DNA from: an uncultured Planctomycetales bacterium
GTDB lineage: Bacteria > Omnitrophota > Gorgyraeia > Gygaellales > Profunditerraquicolaceae
NCBI GenBank assembly: GCA_964603585.1
Contig: CAZRVK010000002.1
Coordinates: 243,561 to 307,560, forward strand
DNA length: 64,000 nt
Reading direction: 5' to 3'
Of this stretch, positions 1 to 9,482 are shown in pieces. Made by a program: the position numbers and the translations under genes. Below the pieces are notes generated by a model. The model had not been told where the DNA came from, made no database searches, and was given only the letters and a program-made list of their open reading frames with translations. How positions within the stretch are numbered: position 1 is the stretch's first letter; each line of letters begins with the position of its first letter.

Positions 1-888
1 TCTTCCGGCACAGTCACCGGTTCGCGTTCAATTTTTTTCTTTAGTATTGCGATCCTGGTTTCAAAATCCGGAGGCTGTATATCTGTGCTTAACCCCCAGC
101 TGAATCTCGATACCAACCTATCCTGCAGGTTGGAGATTTCACGTGGCGGCCGGTCGGAACAAAGGATAATTTGTTTATGGGCATCATGCAGGGCGTTGAA
201 TGTGTGGAAGAATTCTTCTTGGGTTGATTCTTTGCCGGCAATAAAATGGATATCGTCGATCACTAAAACATCCATGTTCCGGTATCTTTGACGGAATTTG
301 GATGTGGAGTGGTGCTGGATGGCCTCGATTAACTCGGTAGTGAATCTTTCCGAAGGCATATAACAGATTTTGACCGGCTGATTGTGGCTCTTAATCTTAT
401 GGCAGATCGCCTGCATTAAATGGGTTTTCCCTAAACCCGCGGCGCCATAGATAAATAAAGGATTGTATGTTTTAGCCGGCGACTCCGCAACCGCCAGTGA
501 ATACGCATGTGCATGCCGGTTCGATGCACCAACAACAAAGTTTTCAAAAGTATACCGGGGGTTCAGATTAGAGCAAAAATTGGTTTCGGAAGCTGGCCCA
601 GGAAGATGCACGGAGGTATTTTCTATCGAAACGTTCTTATCCTGATCCGCGGACCCCAGGGTTACAATAACCGCCTTTTTAGTTAAATTTCTGACGGTTT
701 CCTGAATAAGCTGTTTATAATGTTTTTCTACCCAGTCTCTGAAGAAAGCATCCGGCGCTTCCACGATCAAGCTGGTTTCATTCTCCAGCGTAGGCTTTAA
801 AGGCAGAATCCAGGTCTCAAAGGGTGTTTTGCCGATATTTTCTTTTATCTGGGCACTGACTTTTTCCCATAAGGTATGTATGTCCACA
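1..888 (-). CDS. dnaA: chromosomal replication initiator DnaA (partial; C-terminus lies beyond window start)
   Basis: Minus-strand translation (absent from ORF track, no stop in window) reads VDIHTLWEKVSAQIKENIGKTPFETWILPL...YNPLFIYGAAGLGKTHLMQAICH...MDVLVIDDIHFIAGKESTQEEFFHTFNAL, matching the DnaA N-terminal domain, Walker A and AAA+ sensor region. Probable GTG start near 888. Confidence 0.85.
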
Positions 889-1310
889 AAATGTCCTTCC
901 CGGAAAGATATCCACAGATTATCTTACCCCGGTATAAAGGTTTTTCAAGTTGATTTTGCCACAAATTCCAGGTCTCGCCAAGACATATCCACAAATTATG
1001 CACATCGGGGATAACTCTGTGGAAACATTATAGCAGGCAATAAATTCCTTGCAAGCAAAAAAGTTAAGCGCCATTAATTATACAAGATTTTTGGTTAGAG
1101 TCAAGGAAAACCAGGGGCGGCTTAATTATTGCTATCGCATTGTCAGCCAGCCAGGACTCTTGAAGGAAAAAGTTAAATTGTTGTATTGACTATATTTAAG
1201 TTTGTGTTATAATTACAACCTATTATACATTAATGTCGCCAGAACTCTTTTTCTCTTCGACAATAGGGGTGTGTTTTTTTGGCGGACAAACAGATCAAGG
1301 AGCTAAAGAA
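889..1310. promoter_or_regulatory. dnaA-rpmH intergenic region with DnaA-box-like 9-mers and AT-rich segment (candidate oriC / dnaA and rpmH promoters)
   Basis: aTATCCACA at 908-916 and 985-993 (8/9 match to TTATCCACA); cTGTGGAAA at about 1017-1025 (reverse-complement box-like). AT-rich 1170-1240 containing TTGACT-16-TATAAT (1176-1203) upstream of rpmH. Confidence 0.5.
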
Positions 1311-1448
1311 ATGAAAAAGCATCTTACGACACCAACCAATATCGCTGGTAAACGCAAGCATGGATTCTTAGTCAAAATGGCCACTAAGGCGGGCCGGGCA
1401 ACTTTATCCCGCCGACGACAAAAGGGCAGAAAAAAACTTTGCGGTTAA
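1311..1448 (+). CDS. rpmH: 50S ribosomal protein L34
   Basis: MKKHLTTPTNIAGKRKHGFLVKMATKAGRATLSRRRQKGRKKL matches L34 consensus (KRTHGFR.RMAT..GR.VL..RR.KGR). AAGGAG RBS precedes the ATG at 1311. Confidence 0.9.
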   Translation: MKKHLTTPTNIAGKRKHGFLVKMATKAGRATLSRRRQKGRKKLCG

Positions 1449-1663
1449 TGTTGAAAAAAGCATCGATAAAGGCCATTTGTTTCTATCGAAAATATATTCG
1501 CCCGGTTATGCCTGATTGCTGCCGGTTTTCGCCCACCTGCTCGGAATACGCCATGGAGGCGCTATCCAGATATGGCTTTTTGAAAGGCTGGGGTAAGGCG
1601 TTGATGCGCCTGCTGAAATGCCATCCTTTTTCAGGCAAATCAGGGTATGATCCGGTGATATAG
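1439..1663 (+). CDS. yidD: membrane protein insertion efficiency factor YidD
   Basis: YRKYIRPVMPDCCRFSPTCSEYAMEALSRYGFLKGWGKALMRLLKCHPFSGKSGYDPV matches YidD/DUF37 signature (CRF.PSCS.Y...R..RC.P....G.DPV). Confidence 0.85.
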   Translation: MRLMLKKASIKAICFYRKYIRPVMPDCCRFSPTCSEYAMEALSRYGFLKGWGKALMRLLKCHPFSGKSGYDPVI

Positions 1664-1703
1664 CTGATAAGTATCTTAAACATCTTAGAACGGAGTAAAA
1701 ATC

Positions 1704-3209
1704 ATGGAAAAACGGTTAATTTTAGCCATAGCATTTTCAATGTTAATTCTGGTTATTTGGTCGGCTATGGTTCCTAAACCGCCAGCACCCACAATCAGTG
1801 TGCCTCAAGAATCCTTGGTAACGCCGAAGCCCGTTTTAGCAGATAGCGAGCTTGCGCCGGAGGAAACATCCCTGCCCACAGTTTCGTATTTGCAGAAGAA
1901 TTTCGAGGTTATTTTTGTCGCACCACGTGCCGCTATAAAAGAAATCATTTTCAAACCATATCTCTCGCATAGGTTTACACTAAAGAACGGCTATGGCTTA
2001 ATAGACAAAAGCCTTGTTTTTACGCCAGAAAATATAACTTCTAAAGGAATTAATTTTGTTTATAAAGATAAAACTAAAGAGATTAAGAAAGAGTTTATTT
2101 TTCATAACTCTAATTATTCCATAGACTTGAACATTTTAATCCGGAACGTATCATCTTCGCCGATAATTATCGACTATCCTTTGATTTTAGGGAGTGTCGA
2201 CTTTAAAAGTGATCCGGTTGAGGCGCGGTTTAAAGACATTGTGGTAGCTTCTGACGGCAAAACATCACGAATAGCTACAAATAAAGACGCCAAATATGTC
2301 CAAACTGAATATGTCGGATTGAGGGATCGATATTTCTGTAATATTGTCCAAACTGACTTAGACAATGCTACAGTAATGATTAGAAAAACAACGGATAAAG
2401 AAGCCGAAGTAATATTAAATATGGATAAAAGCACATTGGACCCCGGAGCAGTTTTACAGCATAAATTTCATATCTATCTGGGGCCACAAGATTTAAAGGT
2501 AATTCGTTCCGCTAATCCCGCCTGGGTGGGGATTATTAATTACGGTTTTTTTGATTTAATTTCCCAAATTCTTTTACAATTATTAGGTTTATTTTATAAT
2601 ATTGTACATAATTGGGGTGTAGCAATTATAATTCTTAGCATCGCTATTTATTTCCTACTCTTTCCATTAAGCCTTAAGCAGATGCGATCTATGAAAGAAA
2701 TGCAAGCTTTACAGCCCCGCATAGAAGCTTTGAAAAAAACCTATAAAGACAATCCGCAGAGAATGCACAAAGAAACACTCGCCCTTTATAAGGAACATAA
2801 AGTAAATCCTTTAGGAGGATGCTTGCCGCTGTTATTGCAAATGCCTGTATTTTTTGCGCTTTATCAAGCCTTGATGCGTTCCGTTGCCCTTAAAGGCGCC
2901 GATTTCCTTTGGATTAAGGATTTATCCGAACCAGATAGATTGATCGTTTTCTCCAAATCACTGCCTCTAATTGGCAATGCTTTTAATATTCTTCCTATAT
3001 TAATGGCCATTATTATGTTTTTACAGCAGAAATTTTCTATGGCTGCTACCAACAGTGAATATGCCGAACAACAAAAGATGATGTTGATTATTATGCCGAT
3101 AATGTTCGGGTTTATCTTTTATCAAATGCCATCAGGATTAGTTTTATATTGGATGGTTAATAGCTTATTGATGGCGATATTCCAAGTGCGAACCAATAAG
3201 GCAAAATGA
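1704..3209 (+). CDS. yidC: membrane protein insertase YidC
   Basis: 501 aa; N-terminal TM, periplasmic domain, then conserved 60 kDa inner-membrane core (PLGGCLPLLLQMPVFFALYQ; LVLYWMVNSLL). Conserved synteny rpmH-yidD-yidC. Confidence 0.9.
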   Translation: MEKRLILAIAFSMLILVIWSAMVPKPPAPTISVPQESLVTPKPVLADSELAPEETSLPTVSYLQKNFEVIFVAPRAAIKEIIFKPYLSHRFTLKNGYGLIDKSLVFTPENITSKGINFVYKDKTKEIKKEFIFHNSNYSIDLNILIRNVSSSPIIIDYPLILGSVDFKSDPVEARFKDIVVASDGKTSRIATNKDAKYVQTEYVGLRDRYFCNIVQTDLDNATVMIRKTTDKEAEVILNMDKSTLDPGAVLQHKFHIYLGPQDLKVIRSANPAWVGIINYGFFDLISQILLQLLGLFYNIVHNWGVAIIILSIAIYFLLFPLSLKQMRSMKEMQALQPRIEALKKTYKDNPQRMHKETLALYKEHKVNPLGGCLPLLLQMPVFFALYQALMRSVALKGADFLWIKDLSEPDRLIVFSKSLPLIGNAFNILPILMAIIMFLQQKFSMAATNSEYAEQQKMMLIIMPIMFGFIFYQMPSGLVLYWMVNSLLMAIFQVRTNKAK

Positions 3210-3388
3210 CAAAAAAAATACGGATCGAGGTCGAAGATAAAACAGTAGAGGCGGCTATTAAAAAAGCCCTCCATGAATTAAAGCTACCCAGAGAAAAGGT
3301 AAAAGTCGAAGTTCTTTCTGAAGAAGAAAAAGGGTTATTTGGAATGGCTGGGGCTAAGCCCGCAAAAATCAGGGTAAGCAGCTTGTAA
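3206..3388 (+). CDS. Jag/KhpB N-terminal domain protein (short; no KH/R3H domains)
   Basis: 60 aa MTKKIRIEVEDKTVEAAIKKALHELKLPREKVKVEVLSEEEKGLFG resembles the Jag_N domain; position after yidC matches conserved yidC-jag synteny. Confidence 0.45.
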   Translation: MTKKIRIEVEDKTVEAAIKKALHELKLPREKVKVEVLSEEEKGLFGMAGAKPAKIRVSSL

Positions 3389-3445
3389 TTCTTTTCTGCG
3401 GCCATTTTATATGGTATCATAGGCTTCAGGGATATAATTATACAA

Positions 3446-3461
3446 TGTTCCACGTGAAACA
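3446..3461. promoter_or_regulatory. parS: parS centromere-like site 1
   Basis: TGTTCCACGTGAAACA, exact match to the canonical Bacillus-type parS 16-mer, upstream of parA. Confidence 0.75.
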
Positions 3462-3484
3462 TGGTGAAAAAACATGACCAGCGA

Positions 3485-3500
3485 TGTTCCACGTGAAACA
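3485..3500. promoter_or_regulatory. parS: parS centromere-like site 2
   Basis: Second exact TGTTCCACGTGAAACA, 39 bp after site 1 and just upstream of the parA start. Confidence 0.75.
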
Positions 3501-3516
3501 TTATGTTAATAAAATA

Positions 3517-4347
3517 ATGGGTAAAACTATCGCAATTTGCAATCAAAAAGGCGGTACCGGTAAAACCACATCCGCAATTAACCTGGCATCGTATTTTGCG
3601 GCGGCAGGTAAAAAGTCTTTGCTAATAGATTTAGATCCCCAAGGGAATGCTACTAGCGGTTCTGGAATTAATAAGCATAATATTAAAAAAAGCACCTACC
3701 ATATACTCTTAGAAGACTTTGACGTTCGAGATACTTTACAACCTACCGATATAAAGGGTTTTTTTGTCTCTCCGGCTAATTTAGATCTCACTGGAGCAGA
3801 AGTAGAGTTAGTTAGTGTCATGGGTAGAGAATACCGATTGAAAAAGGCTTTAGCGAAGATAAAAGAAGAATTCGATTTTATAATAATTGACTCGCCGCCA
3901 TCATTGGGACTTTTAACCGTCAATGCTCTTTGTGCCGCGGATTCAGTGTTAGTCCCGGTTCAATGTGAGTATTATGCATTAGAAGGTGTTACTCAATTGA
4001 TGAATACAGTAAAGCTAATAAGAGATAATCTAAATGCGGGTTTAGAAATAGAAGGCGTATTGTTGACTATGGCCGATTTTCGTACGAATTTAACTAAAGA
4101 AGTTGTCCAAGAAGTAAGTAATTTTTTTAAAGAAAAAGTTTATAAAACTGTTATTCCTCGTAATATACGCCTGACAGAGGCTCCGAGTTATGGTAGGCCG
4201 ATATTGCTATATGATAAAGATTCTATCGGGGCAAAGAAGTATGAAGAATTGGTTGGAGAGATTCTTGGGATTAGTTTGGACATTTCCAGTTTGGACATTT
4301 TATCTAAGAGAAATCAGGAGATAGAACCTGGGTTAGGAGATAAATAA
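3517..4347 (+). CDS. parA: chromosome partitioning ATPase ParA/Soj
   Basis: MGKTIAICNQKGGTGKTT deviant Walker A (KGGxGKT). ORF track start 3484 probably over-extended into parS. Confidence 0.9.
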   Translation: MGKTIAICNQKGGTGKTTSAINLASYFAAAGKKSLLIDLDPQGNATSGSGINKHNIKKSTYHILLEDFDVRDTLQPTDIKGFFVSPANLDLTGAEVELVSVMGREYRLKKALAKIKEEFDFIIIDSPPSLGLLTVNALCAADSVLVPVQCEYYALEGVTQLMNTVKLIRDNLNAGLEIEGVLLTMADFRTNLTKEVVQEVSNFFKEKVYKTVIPRNIRLTEAPSYGRPILLYDKDSIGAKKYEELVGEILGISLDISSLDILSKRNQEIEPGLGDK

Positions 4348-5201
4348 TGGAGAGAAAAGCTTTGGGTAAAGGCATTAATGCTTTGATCCCAGAAAAAGGC
4401 GAAATTGTTGGAGAGAATATAGTGTTTCTCAAGATCAATCAGGTTAAACCAAATCCTTTCCAGCCCAGAGAAGATTTTGATCCACAAGGTTTAGAGGATC
4501 TAACCCAATCTATAAAGGAAAAAGGCGTAATTCAGCCAATATTAGTGCGAAGAAAAGGGGAAGATTATGAATTGATCGCTGGAGAGCGTAGGCTTCGCGC
4601 AGCCACAACCTTAAATATCGAGGAGATCCCGGCTATTGTAAAAAATGTAGAAGACCAAGATTCTCTAGAAATAGCTTTAATTGAGAATATTCAAAGGCAA
4701 GAGCTCAATGCCATTGAAGAAGCACGGGCGTATCAGTATTTGATCGATAAATTTAATTTAACCCAGGATAGAGTAAGCGAGGTATTAGGGAAGTCGCGTT
4801 CTTTGGTAGCAAATACATTGCGTCTGCTTAAACTTCCTCAGGAGATCCAAGATGATGTGCGCAGCGGCAGGATATCCTTTGGCCATGGTCGCGCTTTATT
4901 GGAAGTCGCCGACCCTAATGAGCAGAGAAGATTAGCACATGAAAGTGTGTCTAAAGGATTGTCGGTAAGAGAGTTAGAGAATTTAATCAAAATGCAAAGG
5001 CCAAAGGTCGTGAAGCATAGGGCATCTCAATCATCGGTGGATCCGTATGTTGCTGTTATCGAAGAGGAATTACAGCATATTTTGGCAACCAAGGTGCGTA
5101 TTAGTAAAAATAAAAAGCGGGGGAATATCCAGATCGAATTCTTTTCAAAAGAAGATTTAGAGAGAGTCTTAAATATACTTAGAGGAGGCGCAAAAACATG
5201 A
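4347..5201 (+). CDS. parB: chromosome partitioning protein ParB/Spo0J
   Basis: ParB box GERRLRAA, HTH region, 284 aa; translationally coupled to parA. Confidence 0.9.
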   Translation: MERKALGKGINALIPEKGEIVGENIVFLKINQVKPNPFQPREDFDPQGLEDLTQSIKEKGVIQPILVRRKGEDYELIAGERRLRAATTLNIEEIPAIVKNVEDQDSLEIALIENIQRQELNAIEEARAYQYLIDKFNLTQDRVSEVLGKSRSLVANTLRLLKLPQEIQDDVRSGRISFGHGRALLEVADPNEQRRLAHESVSKGLSVRELENLIKMQRPKVVKHRASQSSVDPYVAVIEEELQHILATKVRISKNKKRGNIQIEFFSKEDLERVLNILRGGAKT

Positions 5202-5701
5202 ACCAGGCAGTGTTGATTTTGATCAAGCCCGATGGATTAAAGAAATCTTTGACCGGCAATATCCTTACCAGGCTTTCGGAAACAAAACTGGAGATAGTAG
5301 CTGCAAGCATGAACCGGGTAAGCAGGGATTTGGCCGTGGAACATTACAAGCACCTTAAAGACAAGCCGTTTTTTGAAGATATTATAAAATATATTCGCGG
5401 AGAATTACACGACCGGCGTAAAGTAATGGCGTTAGTGTATTATGGAGAAGACGCGATTAAAAAGTGCCGAGAGCTTGCCGGAGCGACTAATCCCGAAGAA
5501 GCAGAATCAACAACTATCCGCGGGTCCTACGGCAGGATCACCACCGCAGGGGTTTATGAGAATGTGATCCATGTTTCTTCTGATCCAACAGAGGCGGAGC
5601 GGGAGATAAAATTATGGTTTACTCCCGAGGAGATCATCATTGATTTATATCCGCACAAAGATATCGTGGAAGAGAAAAGGAAAATCAAGGTTTGGGCGTA
5701 G
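5198..5701 (+). CDS. ndk: nucleoside-diphosphate kinase-like protein
   Basis: VLILIKPDG...NVIHVSSD pattern resembles NDK (IKPDG, NxxH.SD), but the sequence is divergent. Confidence 0.65.
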   Translation: MNQAVLILIKPDGLKKSLTGNILTRLSETKLEIVAASMNRVSRDLAVEHYKHLKDKPFFEDIIKYIRGELHDRRKVMALVYYGEDAIKKCRELAGATNPEEAESTTIRGSYGRITTAGVYENVIHVSSDPTEAEREIKLWFTPEEIIIDLYPHKDIVEEKRKIKVWA

Positions 5702-5714
5702 TGAAAGGATTTGT

Positions 5715-6542
5715 ATGATAAAAAGTATGACTGGGTTTGGCGGCAGGCATGAGAAAGATAGCCGTGCCGGCAAGATCAGTGTGGAGTTAAAGAGCACCAA
5801 CCATAAATTCTTAGAAGCGGTTTTACATTTGCCGGATGGATTTTTATCTATAGAGGATAAGATCCGTAAAGAGATCGAAGCGCGGCTGAAGAGAGGCAGG
5901 GTAACCTGCGTGGTGAATATTTCCGCCCCGCAAAAGGAAAATATTTCCATTAATGAATCGGTTTTAAGGAAGTATATTTTTTCTCTGAAGGGGGTGCAAA
6001 AGAAATTCCGTATGGAGAATACGGTTACGCTGGATACCTTGATTCGGCTGCCCGGAGTATTAATCGTTTCCGAGGCCGAGGCGGATAAAGCGGCTGTTTG
6101 GCCGCGGATAAAGAATTTATTGCTGGCGGCGTTAGATGATTTGGTAAAGATGCGGCAGAAAGAAGGCCGGGCGCTTGAAGTAATTTTAAAAAAGCGCGCG
6201 CAGGAGTTGAGTCGAGAGTTAACCGCGCTAAAGGCACGGTTTAAAAAGGTAATGCAGACAAAATCCGCGGAGATTATTTCGGACGAGGAACGAGCAAGCT
6301 TTTTAAAAAACGCCGATATTACAGAAGAGATCGATCGCCTGGAGTATCACATTAAAAATTTGTTGCATAAACTTTCGCAAAAAGCGCCGGTCGGCAAGGA
6401 GCTGGATTTTATTGCCCAGGAGATGCAGCGGGAGGCAAATACTATCGGGGCTAAGTCATGCGATACCCTAATCTCCGCTCGAGGGGTGCAAATGAAAAGC
6501 CATATTGAAAAGATCCGGGAACAGGCGCAGAACATAGAGTAG
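5715..6542 (+). CDS. yicC: YicC-family stress-induced protein
   Basis: N-terminal MIKSMTGFG typical of YicC/YloC family; about 276 aa coiled-coil rich. ORF track start 5640 likely over-extended. Confidence 0.75.
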   Translation: MIKSMTGFGGRHEKDSRAGKISVELKSTNHKFLEAVLHLPDGFLSIEDKIRKEIEARLKRGRVTCVVNISAPQKENISINESVLRKYIFSLKGVQKKFRMENTVTLDTLIRLPGVLIVSEAEADKAAVWPRIKNLLLAALDDLVKMRQKEGRALEVILKKRAQELSRELTALKARFKKVMQTKSAEIISDEERASFLKNADITEEIDRLEYHIKNLLHKLSQKAPVGKELDFIAQEMQREANTIGAKSCDTLISARGVQMKSHIEKIREQAQNIE

Positions 6543-6592
6543 CAGGCAGGCCAGTATTTATCGAGGGATTTTAGTTTAGCCGGGAGCAAAGG

Positions 6593-7246
6593 GTGACAGC
6601 CAAATGCCGAGATGGGAAAAAAGAGGTTTTGCCTGGGAAGATTTTTGTGATTTCCGGGCCTTCAGGGTCAGGAAAGACCACTTTGGTTAAACGCCTCTTA
6701 CGCGATAGATCTTTGCGCAAGATATTGGTGCATTCCATTTCATTGACCACCAGGCATAAAAGGTCGAAGGAGCGGAATAAAAAGGATTATTTTTTTATCA
6801 CCGAAAAACAGTTTAACGAAGAACGAAAAGCAAAAAAAATTCTTGAATGGACCAGGTATTTAGGGTATTATTACGCCACGCCCAAGGATTTTGTTGAGAA
6901 TCAACTAAAATACGGCGGGAATGTAATCCTGTGCCTGGATCTGGCGGGAGCCAGGAAGATAAAAAAGCTGTACCCCAGAAATACCCGGACGATTTTTGTC
7001 GAGCCGCCGTCTATAGATGTTTTGCATAGCCGTATCAGGAATCGTTGCCATAAGACCGCCCATGAAGAGATATCGCAGCGTTTAGGTTTAGCGCAGCAGG
7101 AAATTTCTTCTGCGCGGCAATATGATTATTCTCTAGTTAATCAGGATTTAGACTTAGGGGTGCAGGAACTCAAGCGTATCATCGTTGAAAATATCAAAAA
7201 GGAAGGTAAGCATGGGCTATGTGCCAATCGAAAAATTATTGGATAA
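6593..7246 (+). CDS. gmk: guanylate kinase
   Basis: ISGPSGSGKTTL P-loop and gmk-like body. Conserved yicC-gmk-rpoZ synteny. Confidence 0.85.
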   Translation: MTAKCRDGKKEVLPGKIFVISGPSGSGKTTLVKRLLRDRSLRKILVHSISLTTRHKRSKERNKKDYFFITEKQFNEERKAKKILEWTRYLGYYYATPKDFVENQLKYGGNVILCLDLAGARKIKKLYPRNTRTIFVEPPSIDVLHSRIRNRCHKTAHEEISQRLGLAQQEISSARQYDYSLVNQDLDLGVQELKRIIVENIKKEGKHGLCANRKIIG

Positions 7247-7418
7247 GAGCGGATACTCGGTTTATAAGTTAGTTATTTTGTCGTCTAAAAGGGCCCTGGA
7301 AATTGCCGAAGGCCAGCCTAAAATGGTTAATGTGGATGCATCGATGAAACCCTCAACCATAGCTCTTTATGAGATAGCCGCGGGTTTTGTGACGGCCAAA
7401 AAACTAAAGGCTTCTTAA
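7212..7418 (+). CDS. rpoZ: DNA-directed RNA polymerase subunit omega
   Basis: MGYVPIEKLLDKSGYSVYKLVILSSKRALEIAEG matches RpoZ N-terminus; follows gmk. Confidence 0.8.
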   Translation: MGYVPIEKLLDKSGYSVYKLVILSSKRALEIAEGQPKMVNVDASMKPSTIALYEIAAGFVTAKKLKAS

Positions 7419-7428
7419 AAGAGGATAG

Positions 7429-7968
7429 ATGGCGAAAGAAAAAACGGTTATTTTAGGTTTAACTGCAAGCATTGCGATTTACAAATCCTGCGATATTATC
7501 CGCAAGCTCCGGAAAGAAGGGGTTCAAGTGATCGCGGTTGAAACTGCTTCTGCCGAAGAGTTGATCCGTCCGATAGTTTTTCAGAGCCTTACAGGGAACA
7601 AGGTGTATCGGGGGATGTTCGATTCGCCGGATCCTTGGCAGATAGAGCATATTTCCTTGGCAGAAAAAGCCGATTTGGTTTTAGTGGCTCCGGCGACCGC
7701 TAATATTATCGGCAAAGTCGCTAACGGCATATGCGATGACCTTTTGACTTGCCTTATCAGTGCGACTACTGCGCCGGTTTTGTTTTGTCCGGCAATGAAT
7801 GCGAACATGTATAAAAATAAAATTACGCAGGCGAATATAAGAAAACTCGAAGGGGCAGGGTATAAATTTTGCGCTCCAGTGGAAGGCGCGCTTGTTTGTG
7901 GTAAGCAAGGAATAGGCTGCTTGGCTCCGATAGATGTGATTGTAAAAGAAGTAAAAAAGTATCTATAG
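7429..7968 (+). CDS. coaC: phosphopantothenoylcysteine decarboxylase-type flavoprotein (CoaC domain only)
   Basis: 179 aa flavoprotein fold (ILGLTASIAIYKS...PAMNANMYKN); no CoaB ligase domain follows. Confidence 0.75.
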   Translation: MAKEKTVILGLTASIAIYKSCDIIRKLRKEGVQVIAVETASAEELIRPIVFQSLTGNKVYRGMFDSPDPWQIEHISLAEKADLVLVAPATANIIGKVANGICDDLLTCLISATTAPVLFCPAMNANMYKNKITQANIRKLEGAGYKFCAPVEGALVCGKQGIGCLAPIDVIVKEVKKYL

Positions 7969-7979
7969 CTTATAGGTTT

Positions 7980-8051
7980 GGCGACGTAGCCAAGTGGCAA
8001 GGCAGTTGTCTGCAAAACAACTATACAGCGGTTCGAATCCGCTCGTCGCCT
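7980..8051 (+). tRNA. tRNA-Cys(GCA)
   Basis: Cloverleaf drawn by hand: acceptor GGCGACG/CGTCGCC, 3-bp D stem, anticodon stem GTTGT/ACAAC with loop CTGCAAA, T arm AGCGG-TTCGAAT-CCGCT. Confidence 0.8.
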
Positions 8052-8145
8052 TGAATATTTCACGCGCGATTTTCTGCCGCCTCTCAAATCGCCGGCGGCA
8101 GATTTTAAAATTGCGGTTTCGCCGGAGCAAGATCATTGTGCTCGA

Positions 8146-8228
8146 GGGCAAGTGGTGGAATGGCATACACGAAGGACTTAAAATCCTTTGGCCGTAAGGT
8201 CGTGAGGGTTCAACTCCCTCCTTGCCCA
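8146..8228 (+). tRNA. tRNA-Leu(TAA), class II with long variable arm
   Basis: Acceptor GGGCAAG/CTTGCCC, anticodon stem AAGGA/TCCTT with loop CTTAAAA, long extra arm, T arm GAGGG-TTCAACT-CCCTC; CCA not encoded. Confidence 0.75.
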
Positions 8229-8306
8229 TGAATTGGCTCATGGCTTATAGTAAAGTTTTTACTATGAGCTATGAGCTAAGAACCAAAACTCTATATTTTA
8301 AAGTTT

Positions 8307-8383
8307 GGGCTCATAGCTCAGTTGGTTAGAGCGTTGCGTTGACATCGCAAAGGTCTGAGGTTCAAGTCCTCATGGGCCCACCA
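8307..8383 (+). tRNA. tRNA-Val(GAC)
   Basis: GGGCTCATAGCTCAGTTGGTTAGAGC...TTGCG-TTGACAT-CGCAA...GAGGTTCAAGTCCTCATGGGCCCACCA; CCA encoded. Confidence 0.8.
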
Positions 8384-8405
8384 GAATATATGAAAGGCGT
8401 GCAGT

Positions 8406-9482
8406 ATGGATAAGGTGAACGATTTGGGGCCGTTACAAAAATTAATGGATGATCCGGAGATATCCGAGATCACGGTCAATGGCCCGAAAAAAGTTTTTGC
8501 CGAGAAAAACGGGAAAAAGGAGCTTACAGGCGTTTCTTTTTCCAGTGACGAAGAAATTATGAAAATGGTGGCAAAGATGTATGAGCCGCGCGGTAAAAGG
8601 ATAGATAAGGATGTTGCTTATGCCGATGTCTGCCTTGAAGACGGGACCCGTGTTAATACCATCATCCCCCCTATGTCAAGATTCGGGGTGTCGGTCACTT
8701 TCCGAAAATTCTCTAAGACGATCACGAGCCTGGAAGATCTGGTTAAATTGGGTACGCTTAATGCTAAGGCTGCCGAGTTGTTGATCGCCTGCATTAAAGG
8801 CAAGATAAATATTCTTTTTTCCGGAGGCACCGGTGTAGGTAAAACCACAGCCTTGCAAATGCTCTCTGCTTATTTCGCGCCGAATGAAAGAGTGATTACG
8901 GTAGAGGATGCCGCGGAATTAAAAATGCAACAGGAAAACGTGATATCCCTGGAGACCCGTACGGCTGACCGTGATGGCAAAGGAGGCGTTAGTTTGAGGG
9001 ATCTGATCCGCAACGCCTTGCGTATGGCCCCTGATCGCTTGGTCGTAGGGGAGGTTAGAGGCGCCGAGGCTATTGATATGATTCAGGCCATGGCGACCGG
9101 CCATACCGGGACCATTGGCATTATTCATGGCAATTCTCCCAGAGAGGTTATTTCTCGCCTGGAAACGATGATCCTTATGTCGGGGATAAATCTGCCGCTT
9201 TGGGATGTAAGAAAATTGATCGCTTCCACCATACATTTGATCGTCCATTTGGACCGTATGCAGGATGGTTCTCGCAAAATCACCTATATGACGGAGATTC
9301 GCGGATTGGACCGGGAAGAGATCGCCTTTAATGACCTGTTCCTTTTCCGGCTTGATAAAATCGATGAACAGGGTAAGGTAATCGGCCAGTTGAAACCATC
9401 TATCCGCTACTACCCGCTATTTTTTCATAAGTTACAAAAACAAAACCTTATTTCGGATAAGATCTTTGTGAGTGAGCTATGA
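8406..9482 (+). CDS. cpaF: CpaF/TadA-family secretion ATPase (type II/IV secretion NTPase)
   Basis: Walker A FSGGTGVGKTT plus GSP_E-type core (His box IHGNSP...). Stands alone, with no neighbouring tad/pilus genes. Confidence 0.7.
   Translation: MDKVNDLGPLQKLMDDPEISEITVNGPKKVFAEKNGKKELTGVSFSSDEEIMKMVAKMYEPRGKRIDKDVAYADVCLEDGTRVNTIIPPMSRFGVSVTFRKFSKTITSLEDLVKLGTLNAKAAELLIACIKGKINILFSGGTGVGKTTALQMLSAYFAPNERVITVEDAAELKMQQENVISLETRTADRDGKGGVSLRDLIRNALRMAPDRLVVGEVRGAEAIDMIQAMATGHTGTIGIIHGNSPREVISRLETMILMSGINLPLWDVRKLIASTIHLIVHLDRMQDGSRKITYMTEIRGLDREEIAFNDLFLFRLDKIDEQGKVIGQLKPSIRYYPLFFHKLQKQNLISDKIFVSEL

Noticed and set aside
3157-3546. 129-aa minus-strand ORF spanning jag/parS
   Set aside because: Antisense to Jag-N and parS sites, no features. 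Spurious.
7581-8241. Minus-strand ORFs 7581..8087 and 7963..8241
   Set aside because: Antisense to coaC and overlapping the tRNA-Cys/Leu genes. Spurious.
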